Assembly (NCBI GenBank): GCA_040880465.1
Contig: JBBDIK010000012.1
Span: 116,469-180,468 of the forward strand
From: Actinomycetota bacterium
GTDB lineage: Bacteria > Actinomycetota > UBA4738 > JBBDHU01
Direction of reading: 5' to 3'
DNA length: 64,000 bases
How positions within the stretch are numbered: the first letter of the stretch is position 1; every line of letters starts with the position of its first letter. Shown here one piece after another: positions 37,953-48,429 of this stretch. The notes beneath the pieces were generated by a model that saw only the letters and a list, made by a program, of their open reading frames with translations, did not search any database and had not been told where the DNA came from. A program made the translations under genes and the position numbers.

Positions 37953-40712
37953 ATGACTCAGTTCCTGGCGGCCGCGGTCGGTCTCGTGTCGATCGGCGGG
38001 CTCGCGTACTTCTTCTTCGGCCCCAAGAAGGCCCAGACCGCCGCTGTCGTCGGCGGCATGCAGGAGGTCGATGTCCTGGTCAAGGGTGGCTATGAGCCTT
38101 CCCAAATCAAAGTGACCGAGGGTGTGCCCCTACGGATCGTGTTCGACCGTCAGGAAACCGGGGAGTGCACGTCGCGCGTCGTGTTCCCGGACTTCATGAT
38201 CAACGCATCCCTTCCGCCGTACGCGCGGACGGCGGTCGAGCTCGTCCCGACGACCTCGGGCGAGTTCGGGTTCGCGTGCGGGATGAACATGGTTCACGGC
38301 AAGCTCATCGTCGAACAGGATGATGGGGGTGCGGTCGCGACGCTCGATCCACCCGCCGTCCGATCTGATGGACCCGGGTCGGAAGTGCCCGGTGGGGAAA
38401 AGCCCGGACTGGAGACGCCCGAGGCCTTGCCGCCGCCGGATGGTGACGCGGGGTCCGCGGCGCCCGCCCGCCCGAGCCTCGCCGACGAGCAGGATGTCGA
38501 GGGTGTCGCGCGCCGGGAGGAGATACGGGATCTCACGCGTCGCGTGGTTGTCGGCGCGGTGCTAACCGCCCCGGTCCTGTTCGCGACCATGGCACACGAT
38601 CTGTTCGGAGCGATGTGGGTTCCGGCTGCGCTGATGAACCCGTGGGTCCAGCTCGCGTTGATCACCCCGGTGATGTTCTACACGGGCTGGCCGATCCACA
38701 GGATCGGCTGGTTGATCCTCAAGCGCCGTACCTCCGACATGAACACGCTCATCACGATCGGAACGTCCGCCGCCTACCTGTTCAGCCTCCTGGTCACGAT
38801 CGCTCCCGGGCTGCTGCCGCCGGACATGCGGGAGGTGTACTACGAGGCGGTCGGGGTGATCCTGGTTCTGATCACACTCGGACGGCTCTTCGAGGCCCGG
38901 GCGAAGGCCGGGACGGGTGAGGCGATCCGCGCCCTGATCGGGCTGCAGGCGAGGACCGCCCGTGTGGTTCGGGGCGGCGTCGAGCAGGAGATCCCGATCG
39001 AGGAAGTCGTGGTTGGGGACGAGGTCCTCGTCCGACCGGGCGAGAAGGTCCCGGTCGACGGCGAGATCGTGGACGGACGCTCGACGATCGACGAGTCGAT
39101 GGTGACGGGCGAATCGCTCCCGGTGACCAAGACCACTGGTGACGAGGTCATCGGCGCGACCCTCAATCAGACCGGAGCCTTCCGGGTGCGGGCGACGAAG
39201 ATCGGCGCGGACTCGATGCTCGCGCAGATCGTTCGTCTGGTCGAGCAGGCCCAGGGATCCAAGGCGCCCATCCAGCGGCTGGCCGACACGGTCTCGAGCT
39301 ACTTCGTCCCCGCGGTGATCTTCATCGCGATCGCGACGTTCGTCGCGTGGTTCATCTTCGGGCCTCCTCCGCAACTGATCTTCGCGCTGGTGACGTCCGT
39401 GGCGGTGCTGATCATCGCGTGCCCGTGCGCCCTCGGGTTGGCCACGCCGCTCTCGGTCATGGTCGGGACCGGGAAGGGCGCCCAGGCCGGGATCCTCATC
39501 CGGTCCGCGGAGGCGCTCGAGACAGCGGGGCGGCTCACCACCGTCGTCCTGGACAAGACCGGCACGATCACCCGGGGCCGTCCGATGCTGACCGACGTCG
39601 TTGCGGTCGGAGCGCTGACCGATGACCTCGTGCTCCGGCTGGTTGCCGCATCTGAGCGGAACTCGGAGCATCCGCTGGCGGAGGCCATCGTGCGAGGTGC
39701 CGTCGACCGTGACCTCGCCCTGTCTGAGCCCGCAGGGTTCGAATCCGTCACGGGAAAGGGCGTTCGCGCGTTCCTGGAAGGCCGCCGGGTGCGGGTGGGG
39801 ACCGCGCGCTTCCTCGAGGAGGAGGGCATCGACCCGGCCCCGCTCGCGGACGCCGTTGACCGCTTGACCGGCGAGGGGAAGACCGCCGTGCTGGCCGGTG
39901 CCGACGGGGCGGCCATCGGGGTACTGGGCGTCGCCGACACCGTCAAGCCTGACTCCATGCGTGCCGTGGGGGCGCTCCGGGCGATGGGTCTCGAGATCGT
40001 GATGATGACCGGTGACAACCGTCGCACCGCGGAGGCGATCGCCCGGCAGGTGGGGATCGGCCGAGCCGTCGCCGAGGTCCTTCCGCAGGACAAGGCGCGC
40101 GAGGTCAAGCGGTTGCAGTCCGAGGGCAAGGTGGTCGGGATGGTGGGGGATGGGATCAACGATGCGCCGGCGCTCGCCCAGGCGGAGGTCGGGATGGCCA
40201 TCGGAACCGGAACCGACATCGCCATCGAGGCGGCCGACATCACGCTGATCTCGGGTGAACTGAAAGGCGTCGTGACGGCTGTCTCGCTGTCACGCAGGAC
40301 GATGCGCAACATCCGCCAGAACCTGTTCCTCGCGTTCGTCTACAACATCATCGGGATCCCGATCGCCGCCGGCATCCTGTACCCGTTCATCGGACTCCTG
40401 CTGAGCCCGATGATCGCCGGCGCGGCGATGGCGCTGTCGTCCCTCTCGGTCGTCACGAACTCGAACCGGCTCCGGGCGTATCATGCTCCCGAGCTGCCGG
40501 GGGGTCCGTTCCCGGCGGTGGAGCTGATGGTCGAGGTCAGCGAACACCAGGAGGACCACATGGAGATGGTGACAGACCCGGTCTGCGGGATGAACATCGA
40601 TCCGTCGAGCGCGGCGGGACAGTACGAGTACGAGGACACGATGTACTACTTCTGCTCGGTGGGCTGTCTCGAGTCGTTCGCCGCGGAACCGGCGAAGTAC
40701 GCGGGGGACTAG
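37953..40712 (+). CDS. copA: copper-translocating P1B-type ATPase with N-terminal cupredoxin-like domain and C-terminal YHS/TRASH-type domain
   Basis: Contains the CPC motif ([13 protein letters not shown]), DKTGTIT, MTGDN and [10 protein letters not shown]. The N-terminus has a TM followed by [17 protein letters not shown]...[14 protein letters not shown] (cupredoxin-like). The C-terminus has [10 protein letters not shown]...YYFCSVGC (YHS-like). No CxxC HMA domain is seen. Confidence 0.9.
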   Translation: MTQFLAAAVGLVSIGGLAYFFFGPKKAQTAAVVGGMQEVDVLVKGGYEPSQIKVTEGVPLRIVFDRQETGECTSRVVFPDFMINASLPPYARTAVELVPTTSGEFGFACGMNMVHGKLIVEQDDGGAVATLDPPAVRSDGPGSEVPGGEKPGLETPEALPPPDGDAGSAAPARPSLADEQDVEGVARREEIRDLTRRVVVGAVLTAPVLFATMAHDLFGAMWVPAALMNPWVQLALITPVMFYTGWPIHRIGWLILKRRTSDMNTLITIGTSAAYLFSLLVTIAPGLLPPDMREVYYEAVGVILVLITLGRLFEARAKAGTGEAIRALIGLQARTARVVRGGVEQEIPIEEVVVGDEVLVRPGEKVPVDGEIVDGRSTIDESMVTGESLPVTKTTGDEVIGATLNQTGAFRVRATKIGADSMLAQIVRLVEQAQGSKAPIQRLADTVSSYFVPAVIFIAIATFVAWFIFGPPPQLIFALVTSVAVLIIACPCALGLATPLSVMVGTGKGAQAGILIRSAEALETAGRLTTVVLDKTGTITRGRPMLTDVVAVGALTDDLVLRLVAASERNSEHPLAEAIVRGAVDRDLALSEPAGFESVTGKGVRAFLEGRRVRVGTARFLEEEGIDPAPLADAVDRLTGEGKTAVLAGADGAAIGVLGVADTVKPDSMRAVGALRAMGLEIVMMTGDNRRTAEAIARQVGIGRAVAEVLPQDKAREVKRLQSEGKVVGMVGDGINDAPALAQAEVGMAIGTGTDIAIEAADITLISGELKGVVTAVSLSRRTMRNIRQNLFLAFVYNIIGIPIAAGILYPFIGLLLSPMIAGAAMALSSLSVVTNSNRLRAYHAPELPGGPFPAVELMVEVSEHQEDHMEMVTDPVCGMNIDPSSAAGQYEYEDTMYYFCSVGCLESFAAEPAKYAGD

Positions 40713-41707
40713 GCGCGCCCCGGACCGCCTGGCGCGAGGTCCTTCTGGTACTTGAGGAAGGAACGATACGGCTGCATTCCGGCCCGTTCGTACAGGCGGT
40801 TCGCACCTGTGAGGCTTTCCGAGTCGACACCGAGTCCGACCCGCCGCACCCCTCTGCGATGGAACTCCCCGAAGGCATGGTGGAGGAGGGCGAGAGCGAT
40901 CCCCCGGCGCCGCCACGGGCGGCGGACCGACAGGTCACCCACCCAGCCCATGGTCAGGTCTTCGGGCCGGCCCGTTCGGCACAGGCACGACCCGACGATC
41001 GTGTCGCGGTCCATCGCGAGGAACCAGAGGTCGGCGTCGAAGTGGGGGTCCGTGTCGATCTCCTCGTGTCTCCACTCGTCGAACGAGGCCGGTGTCCAGC
41101 CATAGTGGTCCTGGAATGCCTCCTCGGCCCCTTCGAAGACGGCCCGGTCGTCCACGCCGCTCACGAAGGTTCGCATGGTGATCCCGTCCGGCCAACCCGG
41201 TTCCGGCGGCGGACCATCCATCACGATCTTCATATCGTCGAACCGGCGAACCGGCCGGTAGCCGCGGGCGAGGAAGAAGTCGTGTGCCGGTCCGGTTTCT
41301 TTCCACGCAGCGACCAGCAGGGCTATCGTCTCCTCCGCAGGAGCGCGCCGGGCGACCTCGGCTCCGCGCCCTTCTGCGAACGCGAGGAGCAACGTGCCGA
41401 CCCCTCCTCCCACGTGGTCGGGGCGAACGAAGCCGTCCAGCTCGATCCGGGTGAAGGGTTCCCGGGTGTAGACGGACATCTGACCCACCAGTGTTCCCGT
41501 CCCGTTGAACACGAGCAGTTCGTCGCGGGCGAGATCGACCCCGGGTGCCGTCCAGTACCCCCGGATCTCGTGGGGGTCCGTGAAGTCCGTCCCGATCTCG
41601 TCACGGTGCACCGAATTGCGAAGATCGGCGACCGCCTGGACGTCCGCGAGCGTCGGCGGCCGTACGGCCAGACCTGGCGGAACCTGACGTTCGAACCGGA
41701 CGTTCAT
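40709..41707 (-). CDS. tandem-GNAT N-acetyltransferase (MshD-like architecture)
   Basis: 332 aa with two acetyl-CoA-binding regions ([30 protein letters not shown]). Its stop overlaps the copA stop on the opposite strand. Confidence 0.7.
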   Translation of the reverse strand: MNVRFERQVPPGLAVRPPTLADVQAVADLRNSVHRDEIGTDFTDPHEIRGYWTAPGVDLARDELLVFNGTGTLVGQMSVYTREPFTRIELDGFVRPDHVGGGVGTLLLAFAEGRGAEVARRAPAEETIALLVAAWKETGPAHDFFLARGYRPVRRFDDMKIVMDGPPPEPGWPDGITMRTFVSGVDDRAVFEGAEEAFQDHYGWTPASFDEWRHEEIDTDPHFDADLWFLAMDRDTIVGSCLCRTGRPEDLTMGWVGDLSVRRPWRRRGIALALLHHAFGEFHRRGVRRVGLGVDSESLTGANRLYERAGMQPYRSFLKYQKDLAPGGPGRA

Positions 41708-42657
41708 CGCAGATGCCGCTCGTAGGAGACCGACTCCGCCTTGGTGTGCATGCCAGCTCGCTGGTACAGGCCGAGGGCACCGGTCGGGTTGTCGGTATCC
41801 ACATCGAGGAAGGCGCGGTGGAACCCCTTTGCCGCGAGCGTCGCGAACCCGTGCCCGAGCAGGGCGGTCCCGATCCCGCGCTTGCGCCAGCCCCGCAGAA
41901 CCCCGAGTTCGTCGACGACCGCCACGCCCGGTCCCTCCGCTTTCGCGGGCGCGCTCACGTAGGTTCCGACAACCCCGGCCCCGTCGAGAGCAAGCAGCAG
42001 CAGGTCCGGATCGAAGCCTTCGTCCGAGAACATCGCGTAGTCGAACTGCTCGTAGGTAACCGGCCCGACCCCGTAGTGGTCCTCGAAGGCAGCCAGGTGG
42101 GTCTCGTACATCGCCCGCTCATCCCTCCCGGTGATGAACCCACGGATCTCGATCCCGTCCGGGACGGGACCGGGGTCGAGTGCATCGTCCAGGTCGATCT
42201 CCAGGGTGAACCAGACCCTCGACTCCGCGAACCCCTGCGTCGCGAACAGGTCCGCTGCACGGGTGTTCGACGCCCACCGCCACGCGCGCAACATCGGGTC
42301 TGTGTCTCCGGACGCCATGGCCGCCGCGGCTTCTGCGCGCGCGATCGATCTGCGCAGCAGGGCAGTGCCGATCCCGCGGCCGCTGGCAGCCGGCAGCACG
42401 CACGTCAGCGCCCACATATCCACGTACGGCTCGCGCGCCATCAGGTCGGTGCTTCCGACGATCGTCCCATCGGCGTCGACGGCGACAGACCAATCCTCGG
42501 GTCGGTGATCAGGCGAACTGAGCCAATGCCGGGTCTGGGCTTCCGTGGTCCACGGGAAGCCGGCATCCGCGATGCACAAGGCGTTCACGCATGCCGCGAT
42601 CCCCTCGGCGTCATCGAGGGTGGCAGGGCGGATCGTGAAGTCTGGCGTTCCGGACAT
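41704..42657 (-). CDS. tandem-GNAT N-acetyltransferase (paralog, MshD-like architecture)
   Basis: 317 aa with two GNAT cores (VLPAASGRGIGTALL, VLRGWRKRGIGTALL). 4-nt overlap with the downstream paralog. Confidence 0.7.
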   Translation of the reverse strand: MSGTPDFTIRPATLDDAEGIAACVNALCIADAGFPWTTEAQTRHWLSSPDHRPEDWSVAVDADGTIVGSTDLMAREPYVDMWALTCVLPAASGRGIGTALLRRSIARAEAAAAMASGDTDPMLRAWRWASNTRAADLFATQGFAESRVWFTLEIDLDDALDPGPVPDGIEIRGFITGRDERAMYETHLAAFEDHYGVGPVTYEQFDYAMFSDEGFDPDLLLLALDGAGVVGTYVSAPAKAEGPGVAVVDELGVLRGWRKRGIGTALLGHGFATLAAKGFHRAFLDVDTDNPTGALGLYQRAGMHTKAESVSYERHLR

Positions 42658-42686
42658 GCTCCCTATACTGGCGGAACGGAGGTGGG

Positions 42687-43310
42687 ATGAGCGTGTTCTC
42701 GAAGCGATATCCGGAGGAGGTCGCCGCCAGGATCCCCCCGGGGAACCACCTGGTGAAGTCGTGGCCGGTGCTCCACTACGGCACGATCCCGAAGTTCGAT
42801 CCGGCCTCCTGGGACCTCAACATCTTCGGCCTGGTCGAGAACCCCGTGACGCTCAGCTACGACGAGCTGAAGGCGCTCCCCAACGCGGACGTCCAGGCGG
42901 ACATGCATTGCGTGACCACCTGGTCGACCCTGGACAACACCTGGACCGGGGTCACGTTCCGGACGTTGATGGACCTCGCGAAGCCGTCGTCCGACGCGGG
43001 GTGGGTGATCGCTCACTGCGAACACGGGTATACATCGAACCTCTCGCTGGAGGCGATGTCCGGCGACGACGTGCTGGTCGCGTGGGGCCACGACAGGGAC
43101 GACCTGACGCCCGAGCACGGTTTCCCGCTGCGTCTGGTGGTCCCGAAGCGCTACGCGTGGAAGAGCGCGAAATGGCTGCGGGGGCTCGAGTTCACGGACC
43201 ACAACCGACGCGGGTTCTGGGAGGTCCGTGGGTACCACACCCACGCCGATCCATGGGTGGAGGAGCGATACTCCTACCAGGAGGGTCGCGGCGCGGACCT
43301 CGAGCCGTAG
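42687..43310 (+). CDS. molybdopterin-dependent oxidoreductase (sulfite-oxidase-fold, small YedY/MsrP-like type)
   Basis: 207 aa. ...DMHCVTTWSTLDNTWTGV...GFPLRLVVPKRYAWKSAKWL is typical of the Mo-binding oxidoreductase domain. Confidence 0.8.
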   Translation: MSVFSKRYPEEVAARIPPGNHLVKSWPVLHYGTIPKFDPASWDLNIFGLVENPVTLSYDELKALPNADVQADMHCVTTWSTLDNTWTGVTFRTLMDLAKPSSDAGWVIAHCEHGYTSNLSLEAMSGDDVLVAWGHDRDDLTPEHGFPLRLVVPKRYAWKSAKWLRGLEFTDHNRRGFWEVRGYHTHADPWVEERYSYQEGRGADLEP

Positions 43311-43321
43311 CCGCTCGCCCC

Positions 43322-45247
43322 TCAGTCCCCGAGGAACAGCTCGACGGTCGTGCCCGCCCTCACCGATGTTCCGGCAGCCGGCTGCTGACCGACCACGCGA
43401 TCCCCTGAGGACCCGGGGACCTGCGACGTCGTCGTTTCGAGCCCGAGGTCGTGGAGCTTGCGTTCTGCGTCCCCGAGCGAGAGACCCGTCATGTCGGGCA
43501 TGGCGAATTCCTTCGGGCCTTGCGAGACGACGATCTTGACCCGCGTCCCCTTCCCGACGATGTCGTCGGGCTTCAGGTTCTGGGAGATGACCAAGCCCCG
43601 GTCCACCTTCTCGGAGAAGTCCTGCTTCACCTCGACGCGCAGTCCCTGCGCTTCCAAGGCGTCGACCGCGGTGGCCTCGTCCAGTCCGGTCACGTCCGGC
43701 ACGGTCACGGGTGGCGGTCCCTGGGAGATGACGAGGTCCACCCTCGAACCGCCGGCCGCCTCTTCACCCCGGCCCGGTGACTGCTCCATGACGGCTCCGT
43801 CGGCGACCTCCTCACTGAAGTCCTCGGTTACCTCCCCGAGGATCAGACCGTCCGCGTGAAGTGCGGTGGTCGCCTCCTCCAGGGTGGCGTCGATGAGCTT
43901 GGGAACCTTCACGACCTCGGGTCCGCGCGAGGCGTAGATCGTGATGTCGGTACCGGGTTTGCGGCGCTCACCCGCGACGATGCTCTGCTCGGCCACCTGC
44001 CCCGGGGCGTACTGGGCGGAGAACACGGGCTCGCCGATCGTGACGTCGAAACGCGAGGCCTTGAGTTCCTGTTGCGCGGTCTCGGCTTGGAGGCCGAGGA
44101 CATCCGGAACCTGACGCGGGATGAAGAAGGTCCACGCGGCCCATGCCGCGCCGGCCAAGATCATGAGGAAGATGAGCCAGCGACGGAGCCTGCGGAGTCG
44201 GCGGCGTCTCGGCTTGGTTCCTCGTGGAGCGTCGCTCGTGGTCGCTTCGGCCGTCCCGTCTGCCGCCTGGGGCGAGACCGGCGCCGCCACGCCGATCGCG
44301 GCCGTGGGTTGCTCCCCGGGGTCCGAACCGACACGGGGGATGGTGACCGTGGGGGCCCGGTCGGTGAGCGGGATGTCGATGCGGGGAAGTCCGGCGACCA
44401 GCGAAGCAAGCGGCGCCGCGGCGGGGATCTGCCCGGACAGGCGCGTGAGTTCCCGGTTGAGATCGGCGGCGGATGCCGGCCGGTGAGCCGGGTCCTTCTC
44501 CGTCGCCCACATGATGACCCGGTCGAGGTCGGCGGGGACGGTCGCTGTCGCCTCTGACGGGGCCGGGACGCGGTTCTCCAGGTGCTGGTACGCCACCGCG
44601 ACGGAGGTCTCGCCTGTGAACGGAACGTGACCGGTGAGCAGCTCGTAGCCGACGATACCGAGCGCGTACAGGTCGGTGCGCGGGTCGGCGGCATCGCCGC
44701 GGATCTGCTCCGGCGCGAGGTAGGCGACGGTGCCGGTGACCGTGCCGGGGGCTTGTGTCACCCGCGACTCGGCGTACGCGCGTGCCAGACCGAAGTCCGC
44801 GACCTTGACTACTCCCTCGCTCGTGACGAGAAGGTTCTCCGGCTTGATGTCGCGGTGAACGATCCCCTCCTCGTGCGCGTGGTCGAGCGCGGCCAGGGTC
44901 TGTCGCAGCACGTCGATCGCCTGCGCGGGCGCGAGGGCGGCCTGGTTGGTGAGGACCTCACGGATCGTGTGTCCCTCGATCAGCTCCATCACCATGAAGT
45001 AGGTGTCGCCCGAAGCACCCCAGTCGTACACGGCGACGATGTTGGGATGATTCAGGCTGGCCGCCGCCTGGGCCTCTCGCCGGAACCGGTCGATGAACTC
45101 GGCGTCGTCCGAGAGGCTTCGGTGCAGGATCTTGATCGCGACCTCGCGGCCCAGCACCGAATCGCGCGCGCGGAAGACCTCGCCCATACCGCCCGCGGCG
45201 ATGCGGTCGATGATCTGGTAGCGGTCCGAAACCGTGGTGGCGCTCAT
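43322..45247 (-). CDS. pknB: Ser/Thr protein kinase with C-terminal PASTA repeats
   Basis: Kinase motifs GGMGEVF, VAIK, HRDIKPEN, DFG and APE, followed by a TM and four PASTA-like repeats (VPDVLGL..., VPKLID..., VPDVTGL..., MPDMTGL...). Confidence 0.9.
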   Translation of the reverse strand: MSATTVSDRYQIIDRIAAGGMGEVFRARDSVLGREVAIKILHRSLSDDAEFIDRFRREAQAAASLNHPNIVAVYDWGASGDTYFMVMELIEGHTIREVLTNQAALAPAQAIDVLRQTLAALDHAHEEGIVHRDIKPENLLVTSEGVVKVADFGLARAYAESRVTQAPGTVTGTVAYLAPEQIRGDAADPRTDLYALGIVGYELLTGHVPFTGETSVAVAYQHLENRVPAPSEATATVPADLDRVIMWATEKDPAHRPASAADLNRELTRLSGQIPAAAPLASLVAGLPRIDIPLTDRAPTVTIPRVGSDPGEQPTAAIGVAAPVSPQAADGTAEATTSDAPRGTKPRRRRLRRLRRWLIFLMILAGAAWAAWTFFIPRQVPDVLGLQAETAQQELKASRFDVTIGEPVFSAQYAPGQVAEQSIVAGERRKPGTDITIYASRGPEVVKVPKLIDATLEEATTALHADGLILGEVTEDFSEEVADGAVMEQSPGRGEEAAGGSRVDLVISQGPPPVTVPDVTGLDEATAVDALEAQGLRVEVKQDFSEKVDRGLVISQNLKPDDIVGKGTRVKIVVSQGPKEFAMPDMTGLSLGDAERKLHDLGLETTTSQVPGSSGDRVVGQQPAAGTSVRAGTTVELFLGD

Positions 45248-45334
45248 GGATAGGTTGATTGTAAGAACCGAGGGGCTGGTAGGTGCCGGAAACGCAGGCC
45301 GATATCCCGCGGCAGGCGGAGTCGGCCCCGCGCC

Positions 45335-45340
45335 TATACT
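45335..45340 (+). promoter_or_regulatory. -10 hexamer TATACT for the thi operon
   Basis: TATACT lies immediately upstream of the TPP riboswitch. Confidence 0.5.
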
Positions 45341-45342
45341 TG

Positions 45343-45436
45343 GCAGAGGGGAGCTCGGGCGACCGGGCTGAGAGGCGGACTCGGATGCGTTCGCGACCCG
45401 AGAACCTGATCCGGGTAATGCCGGCGGAGGGAATCG
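45343..45436 (+). promoter_or_regulatory. TPP (THI-box) riboswitch
   Basis: GGGGAGC...GGGCUGAGAG...ACCCGAGAACCUGAUCCGGGUAAUGCCGGCGGAGGGA matches the conserved THI-box core (CUGAGA, ACCUGAUCnGGnUAAUGCCnGCG). GGAGGGA doubles as the thiG Shine-Dalgarno sequence. Confidence 0.85.
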
Positions 45437-45438
45437 AC

Positions 45439-46221
45439 GTGACCCAGGACCCGCTCCAGATCGCGGACCGCACCTTCTCCTCGCGCTTGCTCGTCGGCAC
45501 CGGCAAGTTCGGATCCCCAGAGGTCATGCGGGAGGCCTTGGACGCGACCGGCACCGAGATCGTCACAGTGGCGCTCCGGAGGGTGGACCTGGAGGCGACC
45601 GGCGGACCCGACATCCTGGAGTTCATCGATACCGAGCGCTACCTGCTGTTGCCCAACACCTCCGGTGCTGTTAACGCCGATGAAGCGGTCCGGATCGCCC
45701 GTCTGGCCCGCGCCGCCGGGATGTCGGCGTGGGTCAAATTGGAAGTGACCCCGGAGCCGCGCTATCTGTTGCCCGACCCCGTGGAGACGCTGAGCGCGGC
45801 GGAGATCCTCGTTGCCGATGGGTTCACCGTGCTGCCCTACATCAACGCCGATCCCGTGTTGGCGAAGCGCCTGGAGGAGGTGGGGTGCGCGACCGTCATG
45901 CCGCTCGGTTCGTGGATCGGCTCGAACCAAGGGCTGCGGACGCGAGACGCTGTTCGCATCATCATCGAACAGGCGACGGTCCCGGTGGTAGTCGACGCCG
46001 GCCTCGGGGCACCCTCGCACGCGGCGGAAGCGATGGAGTTGGGTGCCGACGCGGTCCTGGTGAACACCGCGATCTCGATAGCGGGTGATCCGGTCGAGAT
46101 GGCACGGGCGTTCCGCGAGGGAGTCGAGGCCGGGCGACGTGGGTACCTGGCCGGCAAGCCACCGGTCCGCGACGATGCGGAGGCTTCGAGTCCGCTCACC
46201 GGATTCCTGGACGGACGATGA
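45439..46221 (+). CDS. thiG: thiazole synthase
   Basis: 260 aa from GTG 45439, placed after the riboswitch. Contains [28 protein letters not shown] and [11 protein letters not shown]. Confidence 0.9.
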   Translation: MTQDPLQIADRTFSSRLLVGTGKFGSPEVMREALDATGTEIVTVALRRVDLEATGGPDILEFIDTERYLLLPNTSGAVNADEAVRIARLARAAGMSAWVKLEVTPEPRYLLPDPVETLSAAEILVADGFTVLPYINADPVLAKRLEEVGCATVMPLGSWIGSNQGLRTRDAVRIIIEQATVPVVVDAGLGAPSHAAEAMELGADAVLVNTAISIAGDPVEMARAFREGVEAGRRGYLAGKPPVRDDAEASSPLTGFLDGR

Positions 46222-47372
46222 GTTTCGCGGAGGTGCTCGGCGTGCTCCCGTTCGAGCGGTTGCTCGCCCTCGGCCGGGACCCGGCGCCCGACGCGATCAA
46301 CCGCGTGCTGGCGGCCGACCCCGGCGACCGGACCCTGGAGGATCTGGCGGTACTGCTCTCGGCTTCGGCCGGTGAGCGGCTGGAGGAGCTGGCCGGCGAG
46401 TCCCGCGAGCTGACCCTCGCGCGGTTCGGGCGGACGATGCACATGTACGCGCCGCTGTACCTATCCAACGAATGTCTGACCACATGTACGTACTGCGGTT
46501 TCGCCAAGGATCTGCCGATCTCGCGCAAGACGCTGACGCCTGAAGCGACGTTGGAGGAGGCGCGGCACCTGCTGCGCGGCGGATTCCGTTCGATCCTGCT
46601 GCTGACCGGGGAGCACGAGCGGCTGACCGGAGTGGAGTTCCTGGAGGAGCGGATCCGCGCGCTCGCTGCCGAGGTGCCGCAGCTCGCGATCGAGGTGCAG
46701 GTCTGGAGCGAGGAGGAGTACCGGCAGCTGACCGATGCCGGATGCGAAGGTGTGACCATCTATCAGGAGACGTATCACCCGGAGACCTACGCGCAGGTGC
46801 ACGTTGCTGGACGCAAGCGCCGCTACGAGTGGAGGCTGCTGGGACCGGAACGTGCGGCCCGGGCGGGCATGCGCCGGCTCGGTATCGGCGCCCTCTTCGG
46901 TCTGCACGACGACTGGCGCTACGAGGTTCTCGCCGTTGCGGCACACGCCCGGTATCTGCAGCGCCATCACTGGCGTTCGCAGGTGAACGTCTCGGTGCCG
47001 CGGATGCGCCCGAGCGCCTCGGGCTACCGCCCGCGGGCACTGCTTTCGGATCGCGAGCTCACCCAGGTCGTCTGCGCGCTGCGGCTGCTGCTTCCCGACG
47101 TGGGCCTGGTTCTGTCGACGCGCGAGGTTCCCGCGGTTCGCGACGGACTCTTCCGGGTCGGCATCACCCACGTGTCGGCAGGGTCGCACACCGAACCCGG
47201 CGGCTACGAGCATCCGGACGAAGCGACGGAGCAGTTCGAGGTGGCGGACCTGCGGGCGCCGGCCGAGGTCGCAGGTCGGCTGCGCGAGCTCGGATACGAG
47301 CCGGTCTGGGAGGACTGGAGCCGGGTGACGCGTGGAGTCGAACGCACGCTGGAGGGGAGCGCCCGGTCGTGA
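46218..47372 (+). CDS. thiH: 2-iminoacetate synthase (radical-SAM tyrosine lyase)
   Basis: Radical-SAM cluster motif [10 protein letters not shown]. 384 aa. ATGA overlap with thiG and GTGA overlap with thiS. Confidence 0.85.
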   Translation: MSFAEVLGVLPFERLLALGRDPAPDAINRVLAADPGDRTLEDLAVLLSASAGERLEELAGESRELTLARFGRTMHMYAPLYLSNECLTTCTYCGFAKDLPISRKTLTPEATLEEARHLLRGGFRSILLLTGEHERLTGVEFLEERIRALAAEVPQLAIEVQVWSEEEYRQLTDAGCEGVTIYQETYHPETYAQVHVAGRKRRYEWRLLGPERAARAGMRRLGIGALFGLHDDWRYEVLAVAAHARYLQRHHWRSQVNVSVPRMRPSASGYRPRALLSDRELTQVVCALRLLLPDVGLVLSTREVPAVRDGLFRVGITHVSAGSHTEPGGYEHPDEATEQFEVADLRAPAEVAGRLRELGYEPVWEDWSRVTRGVERTLEGSARS

Positions 47373-47569
47373 ACGTCGTGGCGAACGGCAAGCCGTTGGT
47401 GGCGGCCCCCGCCAGTACGGTCCGGGATCTGATCGTCGCATACGGGTTGGACCCGAGGTTCGTGGTGGTGGAGTTGAACGGACAGGCACTGGAGCGGAAG
47501 CGGTACCCGGAAGTCGCCCTGCACGACGGTGACCGTCTCGAGCTGGTGCGGGCGGTCGCCGGTGGGTAG
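47369..47569 (+). CDS. thiS: sulfur-carrier protein ThiS
   Basis: 66 aa ending ...LVRAVAGG (C-terminal Gly-Gly), in thi operon context. Confidence 0.85.
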   Translation: MNVVANGKPLVAAPASTVRDLIVAYGLDPRFVVVELNGQALERKRYPEVALHDGDRLELVRAVAGG

Positions 47570-47588
47570 CGCACTGCTGGATCACCGG

Positions 47589-48251
47589 ATGGAGTTGTTA
47601 CGTTCCGCACGCCTGTACGTGGTCACCGACGCGCGTTCCGGCCGGGGAGACCTGGTGGAGTTCCTCGACGCGATCCTGGGGGCTGGCGTCGGGATGGTGC
47701 AGCTCCGGGAGAAGGAGGCCGAGGCGGCCGATCTGATCCGGTACGCGGAAGTATTCCGCGGAGCGGCGGATCGGCACGACGCGCTGTTCCTGGTCAACGA
47801 CCGGCCGGATGTCGCGCTGGCGACCGACGCCGACGGGGTCCACGTCGGTCAGGGCGATCTGCCGCCGGGGCTGGCCCGCAAGATCCTCGGCGAGGACGCC
47901 ATCATCGGGTTGTCGTGCCATTCGTCCGCTGACCACGAGTCGGCGCCGCCGGAGGCCGACTACCTGACGGCCGGTCCCGTGTTCGCGACGCCGACGAAGC
48001 CGGGACGCAGGGCCGTTGGCGTGGAGCTGGTCCGGCTGGCGGCACGGCATGTGACCGATCGGCCGTGGTTCGCGATCGGGGGGATCGATCTCGGCAACGT
48101 CGGAGACGTGGTGGAGGCGGGGGCATCCAGGGTGGCGGTCGTCCGCGCGGTCACGGAGGCGGATGATCCAGGCGCCGCGGTCCGGGATCTCCTGTCCGCG
48201 CTGTCACCTCCGCGCGACGACCCGGAGGCAGGTGCGGGGCCCGCGCCGTAG
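47589..48251 (+). CDS. thiE: thiamine-phosphate synthase
   Basis: MELLRSARLYVVTD...VGMVQLREKE...GLSCHS...DYLTAGPVFATPTKPG...FAIGGI. An alternative GTG start at 47562 overlaps the end of thiS. Confidence 0.85.
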   Translation: MELLRSARLYVVTDARSGRGDLVEFLDAILGAGVGMVQLREKEAEAADLIRYAEVFRGAADRHDALFLVNDRPDVALATDADGVHVGQGDLPPGLARKILGEDAIIGLSCHSSADHESAPPEADYLTAGPVFATPTKPGRRAVGVELVRLAARHVTDRPWFAIGGIDLGNVGDVVEAGASRVAVVRAVTEADDPGAAVRDLLSALSPPRDDPEAGAGPAP

Positions 48252-48282
48252 AGGGATCCGGAGGGGGATCCGGTCTCGGCCT

Positions 48283-48319
48283 GTTCCACTATCTGGAACT
48301 CTGTTCCGAGATTTGGAAC
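48283..48319. repeat. twin 17-bp palindromes GTTCCA-N5-TGGAAC (copy B)
   Basis: GTTCCACTATCTGGAAC-tct-GTTCCGAGATTTGGAAC lies 32 nt after the thiE stop. It is preceded by the hairpin GGATCC-GGAGGG-GGATCC (48254-48271). About 40 nt is near-identical to 20849-20888. Confidence 0.8.
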
Positions 48320-48429
48320 AACCCGCGGACGAACGCCGCTGCGGGATCTCGGCGCGAGGTACCGGATGGGGGAGGCAACGAGTTGTCCTGAACTCCTGGC
48401 GAAGCTGTGACGGTTCCGTAAGGGCCCTT

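Noticed and set aside
39735-39746. tRNA T-arm-like sequence GGGTTCGAATCC.
   Set aside because: It lies inside the copA coding sequence (encoding ...AGFESV...). There is no surrounding cloverleaf, no acceptor stem and no anticodon arm, so it is a chance match.
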